Both the position numbers and the translations under genes were made by a program. Under the pieces are notes generated by a model, which worked only from the letters and a program-made list of their open reading frames with translations, had not been told where the DNA came from and did no database searches. Shown one piece after another: positions 53,324-62,818 of a stretch of 64,000 bases of DNA (position 1 is its first letter; the number at the start of each line of letters is the position of its first letter). Origin of the DNA: Bordetella parapertussis (GTDB taxonomy: Bacteria > Pseudomonadota > Gammaproteobacteria > Burkholderiales > SG8-39); NCBI GenBank assembly GCA_945892985.1, contig CAMDDU010000001.1:75960-139959 (forward strand), in the 5' to 3' direction.

Positions 53324-55284
53324 TCACGACGTCCATAGCTCGGGCTTGGCAATCACATAACCCTGAACACCGGAAACACCGAGTTTGCTCAGGACATCAA
53401 TCGACTGCTCTTCTTCAATGCCCTGGGCGATAACCGGAATGTCCAGCGACTGCGAAATGCGAACCAGTGAAGTGACGAGAAAGCGCGCCTCAGCGCTGGT
53501 GAACAAATCGGCGGTAAACTTTGATGACAGTTTGATGTAAAACGGCAGCAAGCTCTCAAGCCGTTTAAGCGCCTCACCGCTAACCAGGAAATTATCCAGT
53601 GCGAATTGCGCCCCCGCCAGTCGAACCCGCGCGGCAAAAACCGGCGTGGCCTCGATATTCTCGATAAAGGCGGCTTCGCTCGTCTCGAACACCAGCCGCC
53701 GCGCCAATCGCGGCGCGAGAGCGAGACGCGCACCCAGATGATCCAGAAACACCGCGTCGCGCAACGACGCTCCGCACACATTGACGGCAATGATCCCGGC
53801 CTCATCCACCGGATCGATAGCGAGTCTATCCATGACCATGTCCAAAACCGTCGCATCGAGGCGTGGCCCGAGCTGGTGACGAAGCGCCATTGGCACGAAC
53901 AATCTGGCCTCCACGGGAAGCCCTCCGGACTCCTGCAAACGCACGTTGATTTCCTTGTGCAGCGGCACCCTCGCAGGCAGACCGACAACGCTCTGCCCAT
54001 ATAGTGACAAGCACCTCGCCGCCAGTGCCTGCTCGATCAATTTCCGCCAATCACCGGAACCGCGCGTACCGGCATCGGCTTGCGCAAGCTTGACTATTTC
54101 GCAGGCGCCGCGACCGAACGCGGCGGCGCGCGCCAGCGCAAGATCTGCGGCGGAGAGTAGTCGAGAAAAATGCTGTCCGAGACTTTCAAATTGAACCGCG
54201 CCTGCGCGGATCGACGACACGCCGCCGAGGTCCCCCCCCCCTGAAGCAGGGTCTGCAGCTTGACGCACAAGTCGGTGACATGGCTTGCCGCAAGCTCCGC
54301 GCCACCACCTGTTAGCAAAACCACAAACGTTGCCCCGTTCAGGCGACCGACGCACACATCCGGAGCCCTGCCTGTCGCCGCCAGCATGTCCGCAACCTGG
54401 CGCAGCAGCTCATCGGCTTTTTGAAATCCAAATTTGGCATTGAATTCAGTCAGGCCGGCAATTTCGAACAGTGCGAGGGTACCGGGCTTTATCCCCTCGG
54501 CGGAACCGAGGATTTGTTGCACCTGTATTTCCAGGCCGCGCCGGTTGTAGACCCCGGTTAGCGGATCCATGAAAGCATCGTGGCGATACTGCTCGGCACG
54601 ATTGACCTCTTCATCAATCGCCGAACGAATTTTCTGCGATAGCGTGTTGAATGCCGCAACAACGCTCTTTAATTCCCGGGCGCGCGGATGAATGTCGATG
54701 ACGCCGAACTTCCGCTCCCCCAGATCCCGCGCCGCCACCTCGATCGCAGACAAGGCACTGAGAACCAGCGCCAGCATGCCGCGCAATCCGAGCAAGGCAA
54801 GCAAATAAAGGGCGAACAACCAAGCTGCGGTCTGGATGGTACTCTGCCAGAGATGGGCATAGGCAAGAGCCGGACGCGTCGTCACCACAACCCGCCCGAT
54901 CTGCCGCCACCCGGCGCTAATCAACGATTGCCCGCCTGGTGCGTGGATGGGGAACAGTCGTTGAAACCATTCTGGAATCCCCGATTCAGCAGCTTGCAGC
55001 TTGCGGCTGACCAGCGTGCCGCCGGTCACCGCGATGATGTCTATACGCTCGAATTGCCCACGGTCGAACACCGGATTGACAATGGTTTCCAGCAGCACGC
55101 TATCGCCGGGATCCGCAGAGGAACCGATCGCGAGTGCCAGAAACGTTGCTGTTTCCTGGGCATGCGCTTCCAGTTGGTTCTGCAGGTAGCTGCGCGTGCC
55201 TGAGACCGCCATGAAGCCCACCCCTGCCAACATGAGCGCGAACAGCAGTGAGACAGACAGCAGCAAATAGTGACTCAGTTTCAT
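53324..55284 (-). pseudogene. lapD: LapD-like inner-membrane c-di-GMP receptor (LapD/MoxY N-domain, HAMP, degenerate GGDEF, degenerate EAL) with the reading frame broken at a G10 tract
   Basis: ORF 54094..55284 encodes MKLSHYLLLSVSLLF...SYLQNQLEAHAQETATFLALAIG (LapD_MoxY_N-like), a HAMP domain and a GGDEF domain with the motif degenerated to LNGATF. ORF 53324..54355 encodes the EAL domain with EAL replaced by EIN. The two frames meet exactly at the run of ten G (minus strand) at 54232..54241. Confidence 0.8.
54232..54241. repeat. C10 (plus strand) / G10 (coding strand) homopolymer inside lapD
   Basis: Counted directly: gaggtCCCCCCCCCCtgaag. The frames on either side differ by one nt. G11 or G8 would give a continuous ...LLQGGGDLGGVSS... 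protein. Confidence 0.9.
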
Positions 55285-55303
55285 ACAACTCCCCGGTATG
55301 AAC

Positions 55304-56026
55304 TCATAGAGTTGATTCCCTTTCCAAGCGATCGATCAGGCCTTGCCAGGCGCGAATTTGTGACGAACTGCCTTTGCGATTACCCTGGATGATCACGACA
55401 TCCTCGTCATTGAAACTAAAGACCGGGACAAGGTCGGTGCGCTCGGAGGCCGGACGGATCCCACCCTCCAGATTATCCAGTATCAAGGGTTCACTGCCCG
55501 GACTGGCGTAATAGGCCAGGACCATATGCGGCTGGTTGAGCTTGATTGCACGAACATAGGTGATACGCAAACGTTCCACCGGTACGCCGAGTTCCTTCAG
55601 CAGGAAATATTTCGCTATGGCGAAGTCTTCGCAGTCGCCACCATGACTGCCATAGGTTTCCGCTGGAGTCGCCCAATAATCGAGCCGCCCCCAGTGCTTC
55701 TGATCCTCGAAAAAGGGCACTGTGTTAACGAAGGCGTTGACCGAAGTCAGTGGCGCAGACTCCGGACCCGGCAACGACCCCTGCGCTTTGGTGCCGCGCT
55801 GCTTATGGACGAAATCAGTCCAAGCACCAACACGCAGCTTCGCGCTGTCACCGAAACGGTTTATGAGATTGGTGATAAGACCCGGCGTGACCGTTGTGGA
55901 AAACCCAAGCTCCACCGCCGCAAGGCAAAGTACGGAAGCGAGGGCAACACCAGACACAAGAGCACAAAAAACCGCTCTCGTTCTGACAGACCGGTAACCG
56001 GGAACCCCGGAGCAGTCAAATTGCAT
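55304..56026 (-). CDS. lapG: Periplasmic transglutaminase-like cysteine protease LapG (BTLCP, peptidase C93)
   Basis: 240 aa. The Cys-His-Asp context is HGGDCEDFAIAKYFLL, QPHMVLAYY, PLILDNL. It ends 19 nt before the lapD start. Confidence 0.85.
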   Translation of the reverse strand: MQFDCSGVPGYRSVRTRAVFCALVSGVALASVLCLAAVELGFSTTVTPGLITNLINRFGDSAKLRVGAWTDFVHKQRGTKAQGSLPGPESAPLTSVNAFVNTVPFFEDQKHWGRLDYWATPAETYGSHGGDCEDFAIAKYFLLKELGVPVERLRITYVRAIKLNQPHMVLAYYASPGSEPLILDNLEGGIRPASERTDLVPVFSFNDEDVVIIQGNRKGSSSQIRAWQGLIDRLERESTL

Positions 56027-56084
56027 CGAAACAAACCCTGTTTGCCCACATCAACACGTTTCGGGCAAGCCTAGCACCGGTAGC

Positions 56085-56107
56085 AAAAAAAAAGGGCCGG
56101 CTCCGGC
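56085..56107 (-). terminator. Rho-independent terminator after the 56107..56829 gene (GCCGG-ag-CCGGC-CC-T9 on the minus strand)
   Basis: Read directly. The stem starts at the stop codon and is followed by nine T. Confidence 0.7.
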
Positions 56108-56829
56108 TATTTCGAAGCACCGGCGAAAGGCCTCCCGGAAAACTCCGCATCAACGGGGACGCCGGTATTGCCGGCAGCTTGCGGCAACCATTGCGGGCGC
56201 GCGCCTGATGAGCCGCTCAGCAATTGTGGCTCGCGCACCGAACCTCGGGCATTACGTGCAACGATACGCTGTTCGTAGTCCTTGGCGAGCATTTCATCCC
56301 GCTTTGCGATCAACTCCGTGACCCGCGTGGTTTCTTTGACGGGGAAAAATTGTGCGGTTTCTCGATTGTTTTTGTGGGCAAATTTTATTTCAACAATATC
56401 GCCAGTTTGGATTCCAGACTGCGACGCGGTGATCAAAGCCCTGGCTGCGCCGGCGCCATTTGCGAGCAAATCTGGAAAATCAACGTCAACCCAACGTTCG
56501 GCGCTCTTGCGCAGGGTTTCAGGCGCGCGGTCCAGCGCCAGAAAAACCCCTGGCGCAACTCTGAGGTAAATATCGGAAACCCTTCCGGTCGTCTTCGTTC
56601 CACCAACATGGCCGTCAGTGCGCGACTCCCTAGCCGCCTTTGGCGTTTCGCGCAAAGCGTTGGCGGAAGCCAGGCCCGCAGCGCTTGGCGGCATGGCATT
56701 GAGGTCGTGGGAAAGCTTGTCTTCTATGATCAAATCACCCCTATCGTGGCCGGGGAGCACGAATATCATCGCCAGCAAAGCGCCGGTAACCACAACCAAT
56801 ATCAGGGATACGCTTCGCTCGGTCATCAT
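56107..56829 (-). CDS. Membrane-anchored hypothetical protein
   Basis: About 240 aa from ATG 56829; the track ORF starts at TTG 56841. It has a single N-terminal TM helix (SVSLILVVVTGALLAMIFVL). No family was recognised. It has its own terminator. Confidence 0.55.
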   Translation of the reverse strand: MMTERSVSLILVVVTGALLAMIFVLPGHDRGDLIIEDKLSHDLNAMPPSAAGLASANALRETPKAARESRTDGHVGGTKTTGRVSDIYLRVAPGVFLALDRAPETLRKSAERWVDVDFPDLLANGAGAARALITASQSGIQTGDIVEIKFAHKNNRETAQFFPVKETTRVTELIAKRDEMLAKDYEQRIVARNARGSVREPQLLSGSSGARPQWLPQAAGNTGVPVDAEFSGRPFAGASK

Positions 56830-57102
56830 ATTTCCCCACAATGCAAATATTTGCTTGAACTAAACGTTTTCTGTTCTGGATAACGGCAGTATTCCCGAAA
56901 AATTGAGGGAAATCGCCATAATTATCAGAAATTAGCGCATTTTTCTGACCCCAAGCTACAAGATAAGCACCACAACGCAGCTCTATTCGTCAACTTGCTT
57001 CGGCTACCCAGAACTACAACATTAAAATGCGTAACGCTTCCACTCATCAAGTGTAACAATTTCACCCTTCCTTCGAGTCTATTATCTCCAACAAAAACAA
57101 GC

Positions 57103-57116
57103 TTGAAGATGATCAA
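57103..57116. promoter_or_regulatory. FNR/CRP-family-like box TTGAA-GATG-ATCAA upstream of ccmA
   Basis: 9 of 10 positions match TTGAT-N4-ATCAA. It lies in an AT-rich intergenic region 146 nt upstream of the ccmA ATG. Confidence 0.4.
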
Positions 57117-57261
57117 GGGACGCACGATCTGGGTCGAGTGGCAAGCAGGATGTAAAATGCAACGTTAAATATGGACTCGGCGACGGGTGAAACGCGCACC
57201 GATACCTGATGCGACCGCAGCCGCCCCACCAACGACTTCGTCGAAACCGCTCCTGACGACC

Positions 57262-57897
57262 ATGCTTGAAGCAATCAACCTCGAATGCGTGCGCGGTGAG
57301 CGACAGTTGTTCGCCGGCCTTAACATGACCCTGGCGCCTGGCCAACTGCTGCATGTATCGGGCAAAAACGGCAGCGGCAAGACCAGTTTTTTGCGTATTT
57401 TGTGCGGACTGCACAAACCCTATGCCGGATCGGTTCAATGGCGCGGGCGGGTGATTTCGTCTTACACAGACGAATTTAATCGCGACCTGTGCTACATCGG
57501 CCATCTTAGCGGTGTGAAGGAGGAACTGAGTCCGATGGAGAATCTGCTCATCGCCAGCTCTCTCGCCGGAACGAAGCCCGGCACGGCGCGCCTTCTGCAG
57601 TCCTTGGACGATTTCGGTATCCTCGACCGCGCCGAACTTCCGGTCCGATACCTCTCACAAGGCCAGAAACGTCGCGTGGCGCTGGCGCGGCTGGCCCTGT
57701 CCGGCACATCGCCATTGTGGATTCTTGACGAACCATTCAATGCGCTAGACAAAGCCGCCGTAAGCAGGCTACGCAGTTTGCTTGCCGCACACGTACTTGG
57801 CGGCGGCATGATCGTACTCACCACCCACCTCGATATCGCCATAGACGGTGTCGAGCCGCAGCACATCAATCTCGACCGGCCGTGGGAATTATCATGA
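57262..57897 (+). CDS. ccmA: Heme exporter ATP-binding protein CcmA
   Basis: 211 aa from ATG 57262. Motifs are GKNGSGKTSFLRILCGL, LSQGQKRRVALA and WILDEPFNALD. Confidence 0.9.
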   Translation: MLEAINLECVRGERQLFAGLNMTLAPGQLLHVSGKNGSGKTSFLRILCGLHKPYAGSVQWRGRVISSYTDEFNRDLCYIGHLSGVKEELSPMENLLIASSLAGTKPGTARLLQSLDDFGILDRAELPVRYLSQGQKRRVALARLALSGTSPLWILDEPFNALDKAAVSRLRSLLAAHVLGGGMIVLTTHLDIAIDGVEPQHINLDRPWELS

Positions 57898-58562
57898 TCG
57901 GCACCTTTGCCTGCGTCTTCCAGCGCGATCTGTCGCTGGCGTTCAGGCGCAAGGGTGAAACGCTCAATACCCTGGTCTTTTTTGTCATCGTAACCAGCCT
58001 GTTTCCCCTTGGGGTCGGTGCGGAGCCCAATCTGCTGCGCGAAATCGCCCCCGGGATCTTATGGGTGGCCGCCCTACTCGCAGCGCTGCTCTCGCTAAAC
58101 CGTATGTTTGAACCCGATTATGCCGACGGCACCTTGGAGCAGCTCGCATTGGTCAGCGAGCCATTTCCGATTATCGTGATGGCAAAAATAGCCGCCCACT
58201 GGGTCATGACGGGCCTGCCGCTTAGCTTGCTAGCGCCCGTCATCGCGCTGCAATTTGACCTGCCCGGCGCTACCATCTGGCTACTGTTCCTGACGCTGCT
58301 GATCGGCACGCCGGTGCTCAGCCTGCTCGGGGCCATCGCCGCCGCACTCACCCTTGGCCTGCGTGGTGGCGGCGTCTTATCCGCCCTGTTGGTGCTGCCC
58401 CTTTACATTCCCCTGCTAATATTCGGCGCCGGCGCCGCTGGCGCAGCGAGTGCAGGTCTGGGCGGTCACGCCCATCTTTTCCTGATTGGCGCATTTCTGC
58501 TTGTTTCCGGGGCTATCTCGCCTTGGGCTACTGCCAGCGCACTGCGCATTGCAATGGACTGA
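57894..58562 (+). CDS. ccmB: Heme exporter permease CcmB
   Basis: 222 aa from ATG 57894 (ATGA overlap). It is hydrophobic and FPLGVGAEPNLL is typical of CcmB. Confidence 0.9.
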   Translation: MIGTFACVFQRDLSLAFRRKGETLNTLVFFVIVTSLFPLGVGAEPNLLREIAPGILWVAALLAALLSLNRMFEPDYADGTLEQLALVSEPFPIIVMAKIAAHWVMTGLPLSLLAPVIALQFDLPGATIWLLFLTLLIGTPVLSLLGAIAAALTLGLRGGGVLSALLVLPLYIPLLIFGAGAAGAASAGLGGHAHLFLIGAFLLVSGAISPWATASALRIAMD

Positions 58563-58612
58563 AGGCGACAGGTACTAACAAGGAACAAAAAAACAGTAGA
58601 GGAACTCAGCGC

Positions 58613-59428
58613 ATGACCAACACCGCCAAACCGCACGAAAAACCGAGCAATCAAGCCGCTGCATCAGCCATACCCCCCGGCAACCGCTGGTTTAAATACG
58701 CTTCACCCCAGACATTTTATGGCCCCGCCGGCAAACTCGCGCCGTGGTTCGCTGTGCTGTCGGCGCTCCTCTGCATAGCCGGACTGTACGTGGGGCTGTT
58801 TTTGGCACCGACCGACGCACAGCAAGGTGATTCATACCGCATCATCTATATCCATGTTCCTGCCGCCTGGATGTCGATGTTTATCTATCTTGTCATGGCG
58901 GCTTGGGCCGCCGTCGGGCTGGTGCTCAATACCCGGCTTTCTTCGATGATGGCCTCCGCACTCGCCCCGACCGGCGCCATATTCACCTTTATCGCACTTT
59001 GGACCGGCGCCCTTTGGGGCAAGCCGACCTGGGGAACCTGGTGGGTGTGGGATGCCCGCCTCACCTCGGAATTAATTCTGTTGTTCCTTTATTTTGGTTT
59101 CATGGCACTACAGGCCGCCATCGACGATCCGCGACGCGCCGATCGCGCCGGCGCAATCCTCGCCTTGGTGGGCGTCATAAACGTCCCGATCATCTATTAC
59201 TCAGTCAAATGGTGGAATACCCTGCACCAAGGCGCCTCGGTCAGCCTCAACAGCGCGCCAACCATGGCCATGATCATGTTTGTCGGCATGATGTTGATCG
59301 CCCTTTCGTTCTGGATGTACACGATTGCCGTGACCCTGCTGCGGGTTCGCTGCCTCATCCTTGAGCGCGAACGCAACACCGATTGGGCGGCGCAATGGGC
59401 TCCTGGCGCCCGGGGAGTACAAGCATGA
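58613..59428 (+). CDS. ccmC: Heme exporter / heme-handling protein CcmC
   Basis: 271 aa from ATG 58613. It has the WWD motif WGTWWVWDARLT and YIHVPAAW. Confidence 0.92.
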   Translation: MTNTAKPHEKPSNQAAASAIPPGNRWFKYASPQTFYGPAGKLAPWFAVLSALLCIAGLYVGLFLAPTDAQQGDSYRIIYIHVPAAWMSMFIYLVMAAWAAVGLVLNTRLSSMMASALAPTGAIFTFIALWTGALWGKPTWGTWWVWDARLTSELILLFLYFGFMALQAAIDDPRRADRAGAILALVGVINVPIIYYSVKWWNTLHQGASVSLNSAPTMAMIMFVGMMLIALSFWMYTIAVTLLRVRCLILERERNTDWAAQWAPGARGVQA

Positions 59429-59607
59429 ACTGGGCAAGTTGGAGTGATTTTTTCGCCATGGGCGGTTACGCGAGCTACGTTTGGGGCTCGTATGCCGTCA
59501 CCTTCGGCCTACTGTGCCTTGAAATTGTGCAATTGCGCCAACGCAGCCGGAAGGCTCGCGATAAAATAGTCGCTCACTTAAAACTCAAAGCAAGCCTCTC
59601 TCAGTGA
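59425..59607 (+). CDS. ccmD: Heme exporter protein CcmD
   Basis: 60 aa from ATG 59425 (ATGA overlap). GGYASYVWGSYAVTF is the typical CcmD TM segment. Confidence 0.85.
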   Translation: MNWASWSDFFAMGGYASYVWGSYAVTFGLLCLEIVQLRQRSRKARDKIVAHLKLKASLSQ

Positions 59608-60050
59608 AACCACGGCATAAACGCCTGATTCTTGTCGCATCCGGTATCGCCGCCATTGCTGCGGCCGGCGTACTGGTCCTGGGTGCTTTTCAACAGAATC
59701 TGGTGTTTTTTTTCACGCCGACCCAAGTAGCAGCCAACGAAGCGCCGACCGGACGCAGCTTTCGCATCGGCGGCCTTGTTGAAAACGGCAGCGTAAAGCG
59801 CAAACCCGACGGCGTGACGGTGCAGTTCACCGTCACGGACACCGTAAAAAATGTGCCCGTGGAGTACCGGGGCCCGCTGCCCGACCTCTTCCGCGAAGGC
59901 AAAGGCGTTGTTTCCCAGGGGCGCCTCGGCACGGACGGGGTGTTCCGCGCCGACGAGGTTCTGGCGAAACACGACGAAAATTACATGCCTCCGGAAGCCA
60001 AGCACGCGCTCGAACAAGCCGGAAAGGCAGGAAAAACCCTGGTCAAGTGA
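59604..60050 (+). CDS. ccmE: Heme chaperone CcmE
   Basis: 148 aa with a GTG start in a GTGA overlap. It has RIGGLV and the heme-binding His context VLAKHDENYMPPE. Confidence 0.93.
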   Translation: MKPRHKRLILVASGIAAIAAAGVLVLGAFQQNLVFFFTPTQVAANEAPTGRSFRIGGLVENGSVKRKPDGVTVQFTVTDTVKNVPVEYRGPLPDLFREGKGVVSQGRLGTDGVFRADEVLAKHDENYMPPEAKHALEQAGKAGKTLVK

Positions 60051-60281
60051 CCCGACGACTGCATTATTCGTCCACCGCACGAGCCTCGCGAAAACCGTAC
60101 CGGACCAACATCGCGCCACCAGCCGTCCCCTCAGCTGAACTTCCTGTGCAAGACAAACAATCTGATGCATCGCCCAAGGCGTGAGCCAAACAAACCATGA
60201 TCCATCGCTGCCCCTGGCCTGCTGCCGTGCACGCCCCGTCGTCCTTGCAAGCCAGGGCACATTTATCACGAAAGCCCCCTC

Positions 60282-62261
60282 ATGATTCCTGAACTCGGAC
60301 ACTTCGCGCTGATATTGGCCTTGTGCGTGGCCATGGCACAAGCGACCCTCCCCCTTGCCGGTGCTGCCATCGGCAAGCATGTATGGATGGCCCTGGCGCG
60401 TCCCGCCGCGCTGGCGCAAGCCTTGTTCGTCTCGATCGCATTCGGCTGCCTCGCCTACGCCTTTCTTAGCAACGATTTTTCGGTTTCCTACGTTGCGCAG
60501 CACTCCAACACAAAACTGCCCGCGGCATATCGCTTCGCCGGCGTATGGGGCGGACACGAAGGTTCCATGCTGCTGTGGGCACTGATGCTATGCGGCTGGT
60601 CGGTTGGTGTCGCCGCATTAAGCGGGCACCTGCCTGACAAAATGGTCGCCCGTGTGCTGAGCGTGATGGGCCTCATCAGCGTTGGCTTCCTGGTGTTCAT
60701 GCTGTTCGCATCGAACCCCTTCGAACGGCTGTTCCCGGCGGCGGCCGACGGACGCGACTTGAATCCGCTATTGCAGGACCCGGGCATGGTAATCCATCCG
60801 CCCATGCTGTACATGGGTTACGTCGGATTTTCTGTGGCCTTCGCCTTCGCTATCGCCGCTCTGCTGCAAGGACGACTCGATGCGACCTGGGCCCGTTGGT
60901 CGCGCCCCTGGACGATCGCCGCATGGTCGTTCCTGACGCTCGGAATCGCGCTGGGCAGCGGCTGGGCCTACTACGAGCTGGGCTGGGGCGGATGGTGGTT
61001 CTGGGATCCGGTGGAAAACGCTTCCTTCATGCCCTGGCTGGTTGGCACTGCGCTGCTGCACTCGCTACCCATCGCGGAAAAGCGCGGTGGCTTCAAGGCC
61101 TGGGCTGCGCTGCTCGCCATCGCGGCATTCTCGCTCAGCCTCCTTGGCACCTTTCTTGTCCGATCCGGCGTGCTGACCTCGGTGCATGCGTTTGCAACCG
61201 ATCCGACGCGCGGGGTCTTCATCCTGGCTTTACTGACTATCGTTGTGGGCGGATCCTTGCTGCTGTTCGCCCTGCGCGCGCACAAGATCGGACTGGGCGA
61301 GGGATTTGAACTCGTTTCGCGCGAGTCCATGCTGCTGACCAACAACGTACTTCTCGCCGTGGCCACCGCCGCGGTGATGCTTGGCACGCTGTACCCGCTG
61401 GCACTCGATGCCTTGAACCTGGGGAAGATTTCCGTCGGAGCCCCTTATTTCGAGGCGGTATTTGTGCCACTGATGGCACCGGCGATTTTCCTCATGGGCA
61501 TCGGCCCCATTGCGAAGTGGAAACGCGATGCCATGCGCGATATTGCCCTCAAACTGCGCTGGCCCGCCCTGGCCGCGATCCTACTGTCGGTCGCCGTGCC
61601 TTTTGCCATGGGCCGCTGGAGCGCCATGGTTTTTCTCGGGCTGTTCCTCGCGATTTGGGTGGTGATCACGACCCTTGCCGGCGCCCGCAGCCGCGTTGCC
61701 AGTGCAGGCGCCGGGAGCACCGCGAGGGGACTGCGCCTCCTGCCCAGCTCTTACTACGGCATGGTGTTCGCCCATCTTGGCGTCGCAGTGTTCATCCTCG
61801 GCGTAACCATTTCGCGTGGCTACGAGACCGAATCGGATGTAAAAATGAACATAGGCGACACAACACAGCTGGCTGGATTCACCTTTAAACTGAGCGCGAT
61901 CAACGGCGTCAATGGGCCCAATTACCAAGCGGCACGAGCCACGGTGGAAGTATTTAAGGGCGAGGCCCGTGTGGCCGTACTCAGCCCGGAAAAACGCCTT
62001 TACATCGTGCAGAACATGCCGATGACCGAAGCCGCCATCGATGCGGGCGTGTTTCGCCATCTCTACGTGTCACTGGGCGAGGAGGTCGAAGCGCGCGCCT
62101 GGACGCTGCGCATTTACCACAAGCCGCTCATAAGCTGGATCTGGGCGGGCTGCCTGCTCATGGCCCTTGGGGGAGCCCTTGCGGTTTTCGACCGGCGCTA
62201 CCGCACCAAGGCCAAGGCGGCACCTGCTGTGTCTAGCGCCGCACAGCCGGCAACCTCCTAG
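60282..62261 (+). CDS. ccmF: Cytochrome c heme lyase subunit CcmF
   Basis: 659 aa. It has MIPELGHFALILAL and the WWD motif WGGWWFWDPVEN. Confidence 0.95.
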   Translation: MIPELGHFALILALCVAMAQATLPLAGAAIGKHVWMALARPAALAQALFVSIAFGCLAYAFLSNDFSVSYVAQHSNTKLPAAYRFAGVWGGHEGSMLLWALMLCGWSVGVAALSGHLPDKMVARVLSVMGLISVGFLVFMLFASNPFERLFPAAADGRDLNPLLQDPGMVIHPPMLYMGYVGFSVAFAFAIAALLQGRLDATWARWSRPWTIAAWSFLTLGIALGSGWAYYELGWGGWWFWDPVENASFMPWLVGTALLHSLPIAEKRGGFKAWAALLAIAAFSLSLLGTFLVRSGVLTSVHAFATDPTRGVFILALLTIVVGGSLLLFALRAHKIGLGEGFELVSRESMLLTNNVLLAVATAAVMLGTLYPLALDALNLGKISVGAPYFEAVFVPLMAPAIFLMGIGPIAKWKRDAMRDIALKLRWPALAAILLSVAVPFAMGRWSAMVFLGLFLAIWVVITTLAGARSRVASAGAGSTARGLRLLPSSYYGMVFAHLGVAVFILGVTISRGYETESDVKMNIGDTTQLAGFTFKLSAINGVNGPNYQAARATVEVFKGEARVAVLSPEKRLYIVQNMPMTEAAIDAGVFRHLYVSLGEEVEARAWTLRIYHKPLISWIWAGCLLMALGGALAVFDRRYRTKAKAAPAVSSAAQPATS

Positions 62262-62275
62262 TTAATGGACACCTA

Positions 62276-62818
62276 ATGGTCAAAGCACGCTTTCTCATCC
62301 CGCTGATCCTTTTTCTCTTGCTGCTCATTCTGTTGGGTGTGGGCCTCAAACTCAATCCACGCGAAGTCCCGTCCCCGCTAATCGGCAAGCCCGCGCCGCA
62401 ATTTGACCTTCCCCAGCTCGATGAAAGCGGCAAGGCCAAATCGTTCAGCCACAAGGATATGCTGGGCAAGGTGTGGATGGTCAACGTCTGGGCCTCCTGG
62501 TGCGTGTCTTGCCGCGAGGAGCATCCGCTGTTGGTCAATTTTGCCAAAAGCGGCGTGGTGCCGATTCTGGGTCTCAATTACAAGGACGAGCGGGCCGATG
62601 GTTTGCGCTGGCTCGCACAGTTCGGCAACCCCTACACACTGTCGGTTTACGACCATGACGGACGACTGGGCATCGACTACGGCGTATATGGCGTGCCCGA
62701 AACCTTCATCATCGACAAACGGGGCGTCATCCGCTACAAGCAAATCGGCGTTCTGACCCCGGAAATCCTGCAGAAAAAAATCTTGCCTCTCATAAAGGAA
62801 CTTGAAGCCAATGCGTAA
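62276..62818 (+). CDS. ccmG: Periplasmic thiol:disulfide oxidoreductase CcmG/DsbE
   Basis: 180 aa. It has WASWCVSCREEHP (CxxC) and GVYGVPETF. Confidence 0.93.
   Translation: MVKARFLIPLILFLLLLILLGVGLKLNPREVPSPLIGKPAPQFDLPQLDESGKAKSFSHKDMLGKVWMVNVWASWCVSCREEHPLLVNFAKSGVVPILGLNYKDERADGLRWLAQFGNPYTLSVYDHDGRLGIDYGVYGVPETFIIDKRGVIRYKQIGVLTPEILQKKILPLIKELEANA

Noticed and set aside
54094-54355. Reading the two overlapping lapD ORFs as two separate genes (a GGDEF protein and an EAL protein)
   Set aside because: The EAL-domain ORF has no plausible start: its first 40 codons are out-of-frame GGDEF-domain sequence. The GGDEF ORF tail after the G tract is junk. The frames meet precisely at the homopolymer, so a single interrupted gene is the simpler reading.
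56925-57125. 66-aa minus-strand ORF in the AT-rich intergenic island
   Set aside because: It has no ribosome-binding site that I could see, odd composition and no family resemblance. I treat the region as non-coding but flag it as a finding.
59601-60557. 318-aa minus-strand ORF spanning ccmE, the gap and the start of ccmF
   Set aside because: It is antisense to two unambiguous ccm genes and no motifs were recognised. It does not explain the ccmE-ccmF gap.
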